NCBI GenBank assembly: GCA_002633005.1
Contig: NMRA01000098.1
Coordinates: forward strand, 495,435 to 559,434
DNA length: 64,000 bases
Source: Phoronis australis
Taxonomy: Eukaryota; Animalia; Phoronida
Reading direction: 5' to 3'
Shown here: positions 13,678 through 26,411 of the stretch, piece by piece
Numbering within the stretch: the stretch's first letter is position 1
Layout of the letters: each line of letters opens with the position of its first letter
The notes under the pieces: model-generated
What the model was told of the DNA's origin: nothing
What the model saw: the letters and a program-made list of their open reading frames with translations, nothing else
Database searches by the model: none
Translations under genes and position numbers: made by a program

Positions 13678-14161
13678 GGAGGGGTACTCTGCTCGGAATT
13701 TTTGACTGGGGGTGCAGCTGGAAAATTAAAACTTGAAAAGGGGAGTCATTTGTTGGGATGAAAAGTGATTCATTCATACGAGTTTGTTCTAGGACCACCT
13801 ATTGTTTAAGGTTTATTCTTAAAAACGAACCCGTTTGTATACATATTTGGACTTCCAAATTTTTAACCAATTAAGCCTGAACTAGTTCAACGCAGCCATG
13901 TCGTCTAAAATCAGAACATCTTTTGCAGCATAAGGTTTTAAAATAGATCCCTTCGGTAATTTTGTGTAGTTTGAAAGGGAACCTTTTTGTTGAGTTAAGA
14001 ATTTCCATAGTGAACCCTTTTGTAGAAACTTTTGTAACAAAAAGGCACCCTTTCAGAGAGAATGTTGTCAGAACAGGAACCTTTTCTTAAGGAAACTCGT
14101 TGGGAAAAAACACCTTTTTATCTAAACAGTATTACATCTTCTATGCAAGTAGAACTCCCCT
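13678..14161. mobile_element. degenerate MITE-like element with ggggtactc...gtagaactcccc ends
   Basis: Imperfect inverted termini and repeated internal acccttt motifs. A similar right end (gtacccccccgg) occurs near 24541. Confidence 0.35.
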
Positions 14162-14694
14162 AGGTGTGCTTGTCATTAGGGCCTCTTATACCTACTTCGT
14201 CTGTACGAACTTTGGTCCTGTATCGAAGTTAACAGTACAAGTTAACTTCGTTGTAAACAGGTGGATTTTGTAGCAAGTTGTCGACAATTGGATATGGTAT
14301 GAAGGGTTGACTTTGGCGTAATTGGAGTTCTTGGCAGGTGTAGCTGACTATAATGATACCTGTTGTGGTATTATTTGGTATTTTAAAAAAGATCACCATT
14401 CTCTTACCATAAGCACTTCTTTTCTATTATCCGACCATGTATACGATACTTAGAGATCCTAGATTTCCATGACAACAGATAACGGAAGGAATTCATGGAA
14501 TCTGACTTCTTTCATGAAATTAGAGATTTCAATTGGAATGTCCTTACTTCAGTCGCAGATGCCATAATTGTAATATTTTTGTTTTTTAATTACCAAAAAT
14601 TAAGAACCGAATCCATTAAGTTCACATATTCTGGCCACAAATCCATGGATGGTTGTTTTACAGAAGGCAAGTCACTTGTACATTCTTTCTGAAG

Positions 14695-14960
14695 ATGATG
14701 AAGATCTTTTTATGGTTTTGAGAAGCAATAAATGGTGTGCTGCAAGATATTGGTTACAAAATGATGAAGATCTTTTCATGGTTTTGAGAAGCAATAAATG
14801 GTGTGCTGCAAGATATTGGTTCCAAAATGATGAAGATCTTTTTATGGTTTTGAGAAGCAATAAATGGTGTGCTGCAAGATGTTGGTTCCAAAATGATGAA
14901 GATCTTTTTATGGTTTTGAGAAGCAATAAATGGTGTGCTGCAAGATATTGGTTCCAAAAT
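14695..14960. repeat. 66-bp minisatellite, 4 near-identical copies
   Basis: Unit atgatgaagatctttttatggttttgagaagcaataaatggtgtgctgcaagatattggttccaaa at 14695, 14761, 14827 and 14893. Confidence 0.97.
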
Positions 14961-17155
14961 TCAGCGTAAACAATAAGGCAATTTTCACATTTTTATATTT
15001 CGTATTTTGAATTAGTAAAATGGATTTTCATAAAATTTTTACAGAATAGAAAAAATGAAATTTTATGAGTTTGCTAAAATTGATTCCTCTGTTATTGAAA
15101 ATGGAAAAACTAGGGTCTCATGATACTTGAAATTTGAAAGAATACACCTGCGTAACGTTTTTGGGGGCACTATTGTGTAATAATTTTCATGACTCATATC
15201 AAACTGCAATAACTTTGGTGTTTGCCAACCACCGAAGCCGATCTGCAAGGTTCACCTAACTTTGTACTTTGTATAGACAACAGTCCTCAGGTACTGGACA
15301 CAATGAAAAAGCTTATTGCATCTGCAACGAATTGAGAATTATTTACGATTGGCAATCATGTTCGGTTGAAGGTGTGGTAAATGTTTTTTTAATCAGCAAA
15401 ATTCCATTCAACACCCTGTGCTGGTTTATTTAAACAGATGCGAACCAGCATCATCTATTTGTATCATTGCTGGTTTTAGTGGTTTCAGGGTGGGTTGCGT
15501 TTTGTTTGAAAATACACCCCTGGATTTTTTCATTTAAATCAGTTTTTTTCTGTCGTCGTTGCCAGAGACAGACCTGGTCCTTTGAAGTCGGCCCCAGTCC
15601 TCAGGTTCCTCATAGATTCCTTGTGCCAGTTCAGTCTTTACTTGTATTTTTATAGCTTTCTTTCTATTTATTTTGATGATGTTCAAGTGTTTTCCCTACT
15701 GCTTCTTGCTGGCTGATAAAATGCCACCCTTATCGAGTAGTATTTCTATAATTACACAACTAAATGTCAAACAAACAGTCCCAGAGGTTAGCTTGGTGAA
15801 CTGGGACATTTTGCTGTTATCTTTTTTGTTATTTTTTTTTTTTTTTCATGCTGCCGGGTGCATTCCATTGCAAGATTGCAAAATTAAAATCTGTTTATTT
15901 TTGTGTAATTCTGATACATGGTGTAAGCAGTCAGTAACCCATTTCCAGGAAGAAAAGGAAGTTGATTAACTCCATACAGTTCTTAAGACTGTAACATGGT
16001 AGTAAGTTGTCACTCTTGGCTAGTTATATGCTCAGAGCTATTAAATCAAGAACAAAAAAATCGAGGGGTTTGCGTAGCACCGAGTGTAACAACGCGTGGT
16101 CACTAATGAATGAAATGCCTTGTTTTGTAGTTTGGTCATTAACAAATTCAGTATCTAGGTTGCTGGCAGGTTCAGAAATATCTGATATTTCTAAAAACTA
16201 TGAAACAGTCAACAAGAATGTTTCTTGGGGTTTTATTCTTGGTTCTTTTCCCACCAGACATGTCAAGGACAACTTTTCACATTTCTAGTGCCCCATAGGT
16301 CTCCAATTACTACCCCCACACAGACGTTCTGACTTAAGAGGTGGGTCCTAACTCCTTCACCCAATGTAATTGACAGGTGCCGGGCCAGGTGCCAGTGCCA
16401 ATAGGAATTACTACAGGGCACATCTTGTAACTGAAGTGTAACAGGGCTTGAGGTGGCCTGACAACATTTGAGGAATGTTCTCTCCAGGTAGTCTGTCCCA
16501 CTTTCAAACATTTGATTAGCCTCTTCTCCCTGCTCCACTGAAATTCATCAAAAGGAATTGGCCATGTGTCAGAGGAGACTGATTCAAATCGACACAAACT
16601 CATTTCATGAAGTTAGTCTTTGCTTTAGTACTTTATTGACCCAAATGTGACACTTCCTGGGACATCTGTTGGCAACTTAATTATCTGTAGTTTGTTGTGT
16701 GGACCATCCAGTCTGAAATCAGCTGTTGCTCTGTCTTCCATGGCAAAAACTAACTTGATTTTGTTTACACTCCTGTGAAATTTGTCTAGAATTGTTTGGT
16801 AGTGAAATTAGTCTGTGAAGTGATTTCAGGCTTGGAAACAACTGGTGGCAATTTGTCATTGTTTGAGACCATGCTCTGCTAGTTAGCTTGTGAAGCCTTG
16901 GCACTGTGTACTGGGCAATGTCAATAGGTGAACAGTCTGTTTTTTCAAGCTCAGAAATCACTTCTCATCTACAGTAGGAACAATTTGAGAGCAGCCTTAT
17001 GGCATAAATGGTCATAATCAAAAATTAGTTCTTTGACAGAACATGGTTTATTATCCCCTTTAAAACTTAGTGGCTTTTGTCTAAAGGGTTAAAAATTGAG
17101 TAATTCCAATATTTAGTTATAATAGTAATTTCTTTCACTATTTAACTGCTGCCAG

Positions 17156-17161
17156 CATCCG
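17156..17161 (+). CDS. candidate 6-nt frame-preserving microexon (CATCCG)
   Basis: tttctttcactatttaactgctgccag|CATCCG|gtaagt. Inclusion between exons 11610-11751 and 35423-35493 changes R to P-S-G with no stop. Confidence 0.45.
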
Positions 17162-17739
17162 GTAAGTAATCAATGTGGGCTTGATTGCTACATCAGATTA
17201 ATTTAATTTCCATTAACTTTCAAGTTTTGCAAATATTTGTCATTTGTGTATGTTAAACACCGTGATTAATTAATTACAAATTACCAATACTTTTTGTAAG
17301 CGAATTTCATGTTGGATCAAAATCAAAAATTGATTTAGTATAATGCGCAGATTGTACCATACCTAGTTTCAAGTGTCTGTCCGCACAAATTTATGTTTGC
17401 CATAGTAGCTATAGTAACAACATCTTTAGCCCTTTCTTGATTCTGTATAACCTGATATACAAGACCATGGCCTTTTGAATTGATTTCACAACACTTACTG
17501 TTTTTTGCCATTATTTATTTCATATCTTCCAGGAGTAAACGCAGAAAAATTATATCTGGCCTTATATCTGAAGAACCCCTATATGGCCTTCTATTTTAAT
17601 ATAAGGTTGTTGTCATTGTACATTTAAAATACCTCCCAAAACTGCAGATGTTGCTGTTAGCAATGGCAGGTGCTGTTTTGAAAATTTCTAAATAATTTGT
17701 TCACATATTCACCACAGTACCACGGTAATTCTACACTTA

Positions 17740-17990
17740 TTTTGCACTAAAATAATTCCCAAAATGGTCATTTCACATTTTTCAATGACTGAGTACCTTT
17801 TTGCAAATAGTGATAACCTTAGCAAACACTACTTTATGACATCTACACACTACAAATTAATCTTATAATGGACTAAAATGTTCTTGATCTTTACTTTTGA
17901 GGAGAAATTTAACAAAATAGAATTTCATTTGTTAACCATATTATGTGCTAAATACGTGTACATTTACCGTACTATAAGCATTTCAGTCGA
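17740..17990. repeat. dispersed repeat, similar to about 35075-35285 and in reverse to about 41740-41960
   Basis: Shared tatgacatct..acac..caaa...gactaaaat..tt.ttgatcttt.cttttg.ggagaa.tt...aatagaa. Boundaries are approximate. Confidence 0.7.
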
Positions 17991-20900
17991 TATTACCTGA
18001 ACATGTACTCAGCTTTCTATATTTAAAAATATGCATGCTGAAATTGCTGGTGTTGTACCAAAACTAATGGGGAAAGCGCAAGGTAACTTTGCAGTTTTAC
18101 CTGGAGACACCTCTATTAGCAGATTTAACTTGGTGGGGAAAAGCCTAAAGACTTGAGCGTAAGGATTAGATCCTTGGTCTGCTTATAAATGCTTGTGATT
18201 GGCTAATATTCTTTCTACTGTACAAATTACAATAAGAGCTGACAACTGGATGCCAACTAATTGACATGTAACTAGACAAAGATTACAGGTGTAATAGTTA
18301 CAACTGCTGTGAACACAATTGGAGCCAAGAGACTTAGGAGAGACAGATAGTGCACTTACTGTGCTGTGGAACTGGTCTCAGCTAATTCCTGACTAGACTG
18401 GGGTTAGAGGTGATAAGAAATAAATGACTGGCTTGTGTGCGGGGGGGGGGGGGGNTGTCATTTGACAATTGAACCTGGTCTTGGGGAAAGTAAAACTGTC
18501 AGTGTCAGAATTAGGAATTGGAGGCCAATAGGGGCAAGTGGTCTAAGTCAAACGTTTGTTTCGTTTACAGAGGGTGGGTTTACAATAGGTTAAGGTTATT
18601 TAGGACCCTAGAAAAATGTCCATGTTTGGACTGTCATATTTTAAGAAATGGGTTATTGGATTTGTATTAAACTTTGACATACTGAGCTTTATTCAGTGTT
18701 CTACAAAATCCATTTAGGAATTGTTTTTAAAATATTCCACTTTTGGATGAGGGTTTATCAAAAATGGGACTTTCATAGTTTTTGTGAAAAGCTTAAAAGT
18801 TTGCATGGAACGAAAACGAGCTGGTAAATTCCACCGCGGACTTGTGACTGGATTAATGACAGTGGTATAAAGTTAATAATCAAAATTTACAGGCTTTCCA
18901 ATTTCAAAAAAAAATACTTGGGTTAATTTCTAAAGTTTTGCTGGTATTTGGCTAAATGCAGACTTGTCGATTAGATCTTAGATAACCTTAAACTAATTTT
19001 TTGGTGACATTTTTAACTGGAAACAAGTGTTCCCAGGCAGTTTGAAGTTATTTTATTGATATAATCATTTCATTCTTCCCTGGTTGGCACAGCTATGTAT
19101 TATATAGCGTACCGTGAGTATGAATCAGATCCTTTATTTCCATTTTTTCATTTTGAATTAGCTCAGGCTATGAATTATGTTCTTCGCTTTCTGAGCACAC
19201 AATATGAATAAGTGAAGCTTTTTGTCTAAATTTTTCAACAAAAATAAAGTTTAAGAAAATTTAAAAGCCCATGATTGGCTTGCTTTGTGCAATGCAGGTG
19301 TTGTAAAACAACATTGGGTAAAGTTTCTATTGTTTGCAATTGGGCTGCATCAGCCATTGGAAAATGGAAGAATGCTGATCTTGGCTGTAGTTATTTGATG
19401 TGAAATAGGTGAACTAGAATTAACGGTATTATTCAGTCACTCGGTCAATCTACTAATCCTCGATTTACGTGTGGCCCTTCTCGTGCTCCTTAATTCTGGG
19501 CAAAACTACGCAGTTTATTTTACAAAGTGACAGAAGAGTTCAACGAAATCGGTTTTGGTTTGCTCAAAACGGCGCCAGTTAATTCCCAGCTCTGCCATGC
19601 TGTCCCGTGTTTAGCCAGCTGGTCATAAATTATTCTTTGAAACAAATTTCATTAGTTAGGGCAAGCCATGAATTATTCCTTCATACATTTTGTCAATTTT
19701 AGACAAATCTGGGATGGTGGGCATAAATCCAAGCAAAATGGAACATTCTAGCAACTTGCTTTTCAATGTTGTTATTGCACAGCCGGCTGTATTTCAAGGC
19801 TCTCTCGCACCTCCAGTTCTCATGACAGGCCTTGACCATTGCAGCAATTAACAGGATAGCATGAAGATTATAAGAAACGTTTTAATTTTTGTTACAAGAT
19901 GACAGAGTATCTGTCAGAAGTGAGGCAGATATGGTAATGGATCACTGGTCTGTTGATCTGATTCAGTTGTCAAGAATGTTTTCTGTTAGGGATGTGCCTC
20001 ATGTTTCATGCTCTTTATTGAAACTGTTAATTACTTGCACAAATGTAAAAAGAGTTGGACAGCTGGACCGCTGCGTAGCTGTTACGTGCGTAGAAGTTTT
20101 GTGTAAATTTATTTAGCTCTATCACAGATGTAACGATAACGTAATAATTAACGGAATCATTAAAGTTTTCTGTCAGTTGGACCTATGCATGCAGATAACA
20201 CTTGCATTAAATAAAGACAAATGTGAATCTGTTTCTTCGTTTTGTGCACCATGTGCTTTGCTTGCTTGTGTGTTTCTTGGAAATTTCCAAAGCTGCCATT
20301 TTAGCATGCAATGGAAGGAATTAAAAATTAATTTTCTGCAAGGCGTAATTACATAATATTTTCAGTCCATTGCCAGTTTTGGTTTAGTGTGTATGGAAAT
20401 AGAATAAATACAACTGACATCTAGCATCTGTCTGTTTCCAAAGTCCATCATTTTGTTTCTTTACAGTTGATTAATAATTAAGAATAGTACCATTGTACTA
20501 ATTTCATGTTTGTCATTGGTTGTGTCAAAATTCTCACCCATTTAATTCAGTCAATCAGACATTTGCCTCAATTCTTCCCGCTTTTGTTTTTCTTGGCCGT
20601 TTCCGCCATTTACTGTACCAAATGGTTGTGTAATAAAATTGATCCCAATTGGTGAGCTACAGAGTCATCAGACAAATTGTTCGTTGCTTTTATTGATTGG
20701 ATGTTCAAACCTCTCTCTGGGCGCCATGAGGGTTAGCCACTCATTTTTTTAACTTTGCTGGTGTTTGCGCAGTACACACTATGACATCTACACTGAATGG
20801 CATAAATTCGTCAAGTTGTAAAAGTTGCATTGAGTATAGACACATGCCTGATAATAGTTGAAGGGTTTTGAGTGTTCCAGTCTGGCAATGTTGATAAACT

Positions 20901-21469
20901 AGATTTCTTCTGACAAAAAATAGCAGATTTCGTGGACTTGATATGATGGATACGGAAAGTCACTCAAATGTCATCAGTCAGCTGTGTGCAATACTTGAAA
21001 AAGTGAAGTGTACATAACAGTCTATTCATCTAATGTTTGCCTATGAATGTTGAAACTGATGAATGCTTTTAACACATTTTGATGCTACCTGATCAGTCAA
21101 TAGCTGTTCAATTATTGCCTACTTGAATTTATATAGAGCCTCTAATTCTTCAATTATTTTCAGTAAAAGGGTTTAAGTGATGGCAGTTGTTAATAGCACG
21201 GCATGTTAACACAGACTAGGCTATGTTAAACATGGTCATTGTTTAAAAGGTGATGTTGCTAAGTGAAGCAACCTTTTTTGCACTTTTGTATTTCTGAATA
21301 TTTACATAACCTGGAATGTATTGTTAAAAGTCCAAATGTTGAAGATATGTTTTATTCTTACTCCGCCATTTCCTGCTAGTTGTTTATTGTAGTTGGTAAA
21401 AGTTTAAATTTTTCATTTTCAACAATTTCTTCACAATCTGTAAACAATTGGGTAATGGTCGGATATAGC

Positions 21470-21541
21470 ATGCCCGAATTTTGAGAACCAGTTTTCTCCA
21501 CTGAATAGCGGACATCAAACTGGTTCTCAAAATACGGGCAT
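21470..21541. mobile_element. ~75-bp hairpin mini-MITE family (further copies at 28585-28665 and, reversed, 35793-35862)
   Basis: atgcccg.attttgagaaccagttt ... aaactggttctcaaaat.cgggcat form a long stem. The loop motif tctccactga is shared by all three copies. Confidence 0.75.
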
Positions 21542-22348
21542 ATTATATTTGATCATTGCCAACAATTGAGCCAAAAATTAAGAAATTCCTTTTTTGATTG
21601 GTTTTGGCTATTTGCAACCGAGGTGTTTTTTAAAAAGTGTCGAATCCATGTATATCTTTTATTGAAGGGGAAATTGTTAAGGACGCTGTATAGTTATAAT
21701 ATTGTCATGCCTGTGGCCATTTGAAAATTGAAATCGACTGGCACGGTAATTGCTTGGTATTAGCCTAAGTGACATGAAGCCAACATACTAACACACACAC
21801 GCACACTAACTACACTGAGGGTTTGTTGGTTTATTCTGGCTACTCTCTGTATAATTTGTTTGATATGCAAACAGGGTATATTCAGAGAAAACCAATAGCT
21901 AATTTCACTCTCTCACAGTAGAAGTGGAGGCAGGAAACACTTGCAACTGGACTTTTAGTTATGCAATGAGCCTCCATGGCTATTGTTGTTATAGATTGTC
22001 AGCATGGCGCCGAATAATAAAAATGTTTAAGGTGCAATCAGGGACATCAGATGTATTTAACCTTAAGGTTGTTGTTTTGGGCATTGGTGCCACTGATGTC
22101 GTAATGGTGCGTGGGAATTCATGAAACCTTTGATGCTGCCATTCAGGCTTGCTGGTTTGTCGGCAAGTTTGCCAGTTGTATATATCTACTAATGAATATT
22201 TTAACGAGATATTGTAATACATGTCCCAAGCTTGTCTTGAACTTTTGTCTGTGCCTTGGTTAATTTTTCTCTCTCTAGTATACATGACTTAAGTTGAATT
22301 GAGTCATATTGTGTGTGACAAACCCAGGCTTCTGTCCTATTTCTATTA

Positions 22349-23758
22349 CACGGGTGAGAAACCACATGACCGCCGGTCCTCTTAAATCGGACCAACTCAC
22401 CCAAAACAGGACCTCCGGGGTTCAAATGGGACTGACGCACCTAAAAACATGACCGCCCCACCAGAAAACAGGACCACCGGGGACTGAACATGACCGCCGG
22501 GGATTGAAACCGCAATGACAAACAAGCTAAGATTTATTACCAATAGGCCTACACATATCATACCATGGAGTTATATACGTATGCATATGCAGGTCTTGTG
22601 CCGATTAATCCAACAAAATCTTTTGTGCGCTGCAGCACACTTTGCTTTGTAACACGCGGCGCCAAACCAACCACGTGACGTTGCACGCTTTTGACCTGAA
22701 TAATTATAACTTTATCCACTGCGTAAGTTTTAGAACAAAATGAAAATCGTTTTCTCCAATTTGACGTTTTAGTCAAGAAAAAAAGGGCGTTCTGGTTCTC
22801 AGGTGAAGCATCCTAGCTAGCCTTTGTGCGGCAAAGCAGTATACTAAAAATACATCTTGGCGCCGATGTGGGTAAAACACTGAATATATAAAATCTTCAC
22901 CGAATTAGTGTTATTAACGACACTCTTCCTTGAGTAAACTAAATTATTTATCGGTGCTCGCCGGGAAAAATTGTCGTTCTGTCGTTATTCTGCTGCTAAA
23001 ATTGAGATGCGTTCTTTTAGTTTGGCTTACATTGACCAGTTCCTTTTTTCACCGATTCTTCAGTCAGCTCTTCTTTTCTTCTACGAGGTTGCGTATATGG
23101 CACAACAAATTATCGGAACTGGTTTGATTTCGTCACAAGTTTTAAGTATTTTAATACCAGCAAACCGAATTTCAGAACAAATGGTGCTGCTGCGAAGTTG
23201 AGTCATCATCTTCCCAAAGATGTCGCAAAATTTTAGGAAATGGCGCGTGCTCATGTCACGAGCGCGACAGACTTTTGTTACAATAGGCTAACAAATGACG
23301 TTCATTAGATTGTTTTTCACTCAAGCGGCTGCAACCTGCAAGGCGAGTGTCGATTGACTCCTAGATTTTGCATGCGCCTGCTCCGCTCGCTAGCTCTACA
23401 TGTTGATAGAAGTTTCACGACGAGGTGGCGAGCAGAACTATACCCGGGCTATGGGAAATTTCGGAGTGTTACCAAGCATTATTTTGGCGAGCACATAGCT
23501 AGCTGACCGGTTACGTCATAACCCGCAGTATCATACAAACTTACAAAAGCCTTGATAACTACATTTTGTCAGGCGGTCATGTTGTGTCCCAGGCTGTCAT
23601 GTTGTGTCCCCGGCGGTCCTGTTTTCTGGTGGGGAGGTCATGTTTTTAGGTGTATCAGTCCCATTTTCTGGTGCGGCGGTCCCATTTGATTCCCGAAGGT
23701 CCTGTTTTGGGTGAGCCAGTCCGTTTTAGAGGACCAGCGGTCATGTTGTTCACCCGTG
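22349..23758. mobile_element. 1.41-kb non-autonomous DNA transposon with CAC...GTG termini, long modular TIRs and TATTA direct flanks (CMC/Transib-like)
   Basis: tatta|CACGGGTGA...TCACCCGTG|tatta. Imperfect TIRs at 22349-~22503 and ~23571-23758 are built of ACA(T/G)GACC.CC subrepeats. The interior is CpG-rich with no transposase ORF. Confidence 0.88.
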
Positions 23759-26249
23759 TATTAGTTATAAATGAACCTGCCTTCGTACAAATTCATTTGA
23801 CTGTAATTTACAGTCAGATTCATGGGGTTGCTCAAAGGCTGCAAGCCGGCCTCCAAGCATGGCCAAATATGGTGTTGGTTTACTGTTAAGGTTGTGACCA
23901 AGTCTTTCCTCTGAAAATTTGTCACCCTCCACCATTCAAGATCAGTTAGTGAAAGTAATTCTATTAAAAAATGTGGTGTAATGTAGAGGAAGTGTGTTCA
24001 TTACTGTCAGTTTTTTCTTTAGCTGCAGCTCTGTATCCCTGGTGCTGAAAATTAAGGAGAAGAGTGCATTGATCATCTCATCTTGCCTGATTGATGCATT
24101 TGTATTTGAGTTCACTAAGCTGAAACAATCTTTCTCTAGTGTGTTACAGAGCATCTTCATTTCTTTCAATCAGAATTTGCGCATGGTGAATGATTTTAAT
24201 CATCTCATCCAATTACATGCTTAGATGCAAATGCCAGAAGATTAAAAGAAATTAAATCCATTGGTGTTATACCCTTTGGGTGCCCAATGTGCTGTTTGGA
24301 CTTCAAAATTGTCATACTGATAGGCAGTTTGCTGAAAGGGGATTTGTGAATGGTTATCCAGTGCACATGATTGGATGAGGGTTGCTTCCGCGCATTCATA
24401 ATTCTGATCTATAAAATATCTGAGTACTCAGGACTCTGGGCAACATAAGTACACTACTAAATGATGTACAACACTGCCCAAGCAAAATACTTTTCTGTGA
24501 GGACAAATACATACCCCAGACAATATTTAAGAGGGGGATAGTACCCCCCCGGTTGCTGATGTTCCCCATTACCAACCCTTCTAGGTGAGCACCCCTCCCC
24601 CTCGTACAATAAAAGAACGAAATAACTGAGCGTGTGACTTACATTGTGGATCAAGCTACTGGCACGAAGATGAACACTGTGTGGCTCATTTGGTATGATA
24701 TGCCACTTACAGGGTATTTCATACTAATGTCGATGTGCTGATGTATGGGGATGTCGGTTGGTATGAACAGTTTCAGTAGCTTCGGTCCTGGATCGAAGTT
24801 ATCATTGCAAGTTGGCCTTGCAGTAAATTGTTGGATTTCGATACTTTGATATGATATGAACGCTTAGCTTCAGTGTTACTGTCAACGTTGAATGGCACGT
24901 GTGAATGCATAAATTAATGATATATTTTCAAAAATATTCAACTTCATACCGATTTCATTTATTATCCGATCATAAAGCACTTCAAATTAAAAAAATTATG
25001 CAAAGGAGTGCCATCTTGGGGTGACTTTGATGACCCAAATATCAAACTGTGGTAACTTTTGGTGTCCTTTGACTAAGGAAGGAAGAGTGAAAGGTTTGAT
25101 TGGCACTCCCCTGGTACCAGTTCTATTAAGTTTGTATGAAAAGACCTTTGGATGAGCAATATTTATGGGGACATGTGGTCAGAGATTTTCAAAACAATCT
25201 ATTTACTCTGTTATTCTAGTGAGATGAAGAATGAAGATGAGTCACCTGATTGTTTTAGAGCCTATAAATGGGTTTAAAAACAGCAATAAAAGAAGTAATT
25301 TAGAACTTTTACATGGTCTTTGGCTGTGTTGGAGTATACTGAGGTCTAACTTGATTTGTTTTCTGTGCAATAAATGAGACTATCAAGTGGCATTTGTTTT
25401 CACAGTTAACCTATTATTTGGACATTAGTGGTTTGAAGACTGGGAATCAAAACAATTACCCTGTTTGCACTAAAGCTCTTATAGCTTTTAAAAGTTGATT
25501 TAAAGATTATAACTCCTAATCTGGACATTTTAAAACTGGTTTTAAATGTAACTGTAGTTCGGTTATAATCCTTTGTGACTCTCGGGTGGCTTAGGGAGAG
25601 GTTATAACTATTGTAACTCGGTGTGAACATAGCAGTTACAAAAGTTATAACTCAGTAGGTGGCGCTGCTGTCAAATCTCGCTGGAAACAACGGTGCACTG
25701 AGCACTAACTGGAGTCAAAACTGACACAATGCCATAGAAGCCATATTGTTGGGCTGTGAAATCATGGTTCAATCTCCTCCCAGGTTCCTAATGGCTGATG
25801 ATGACCACCCAGACTGCCAAACGCAAACTTGCCCCCATTGTAATTTTGACCGTTGGCTCATGTCCCCCTGACATCAGTACTACTGCCTACCAATGAAAGC
25901 GTGCTGGTTGACTTGTTATGGGATACCATTAGCAGAGCACCTGGAAACTGAAAGCACTAAAATTAGGAGAAGACGTTTTCAAGAAATTCGGGTTTGTTGA
26001 GAGAGTTTTAAAAGTCAAAAGAATGAATTCAACATCCGTAGTGTGCATGGCTTTGACATCGGAATTTAGCACACGCATGACTTGAAGGACAGTCGTTCTC
26101 GGTTCTCGGTTCGATGGGTTGCCTAAGAAGAAATGGAATGTTATTTCACATTTACTTTAAACATGAACATGCACAAAGTAACTTATATGTAACTTCCTTG
26201 TCAACATGGTTTTCAACATAGCTGTTTATATTTGAATCAACTTGCATTG

Positions 26250-26411
26250 TGTTCACTATTCCTTGTAAGCGACTATGACTATGTTCCTGTCTGTTCCTTG
26301 TAAGCAGCTATGACTGTGTCCACTGTTCCTACAATGTAAGCAGCTGTGACTGTGTCCACTGTTCCTTGTAAGCAGCTATGACTGTGTCAAGTGTTCCTTG
26401 TAAGCAGCTAT
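26250..26411. repeat. degenerate ~35-39-bp minisatellite
   Basis: Repeated ttccttgtaagcagctatgactgtgtccac-like units, about 4-5 copies. Confidence 0.85.

Noticed and set aside
14649-14969. ORFs with a 22-aa repeat (NDEDLFMVLRSNKWCAARYWFQ)
   Set aside because: A minisatellite open in several frames on both strands, with no splice signals.
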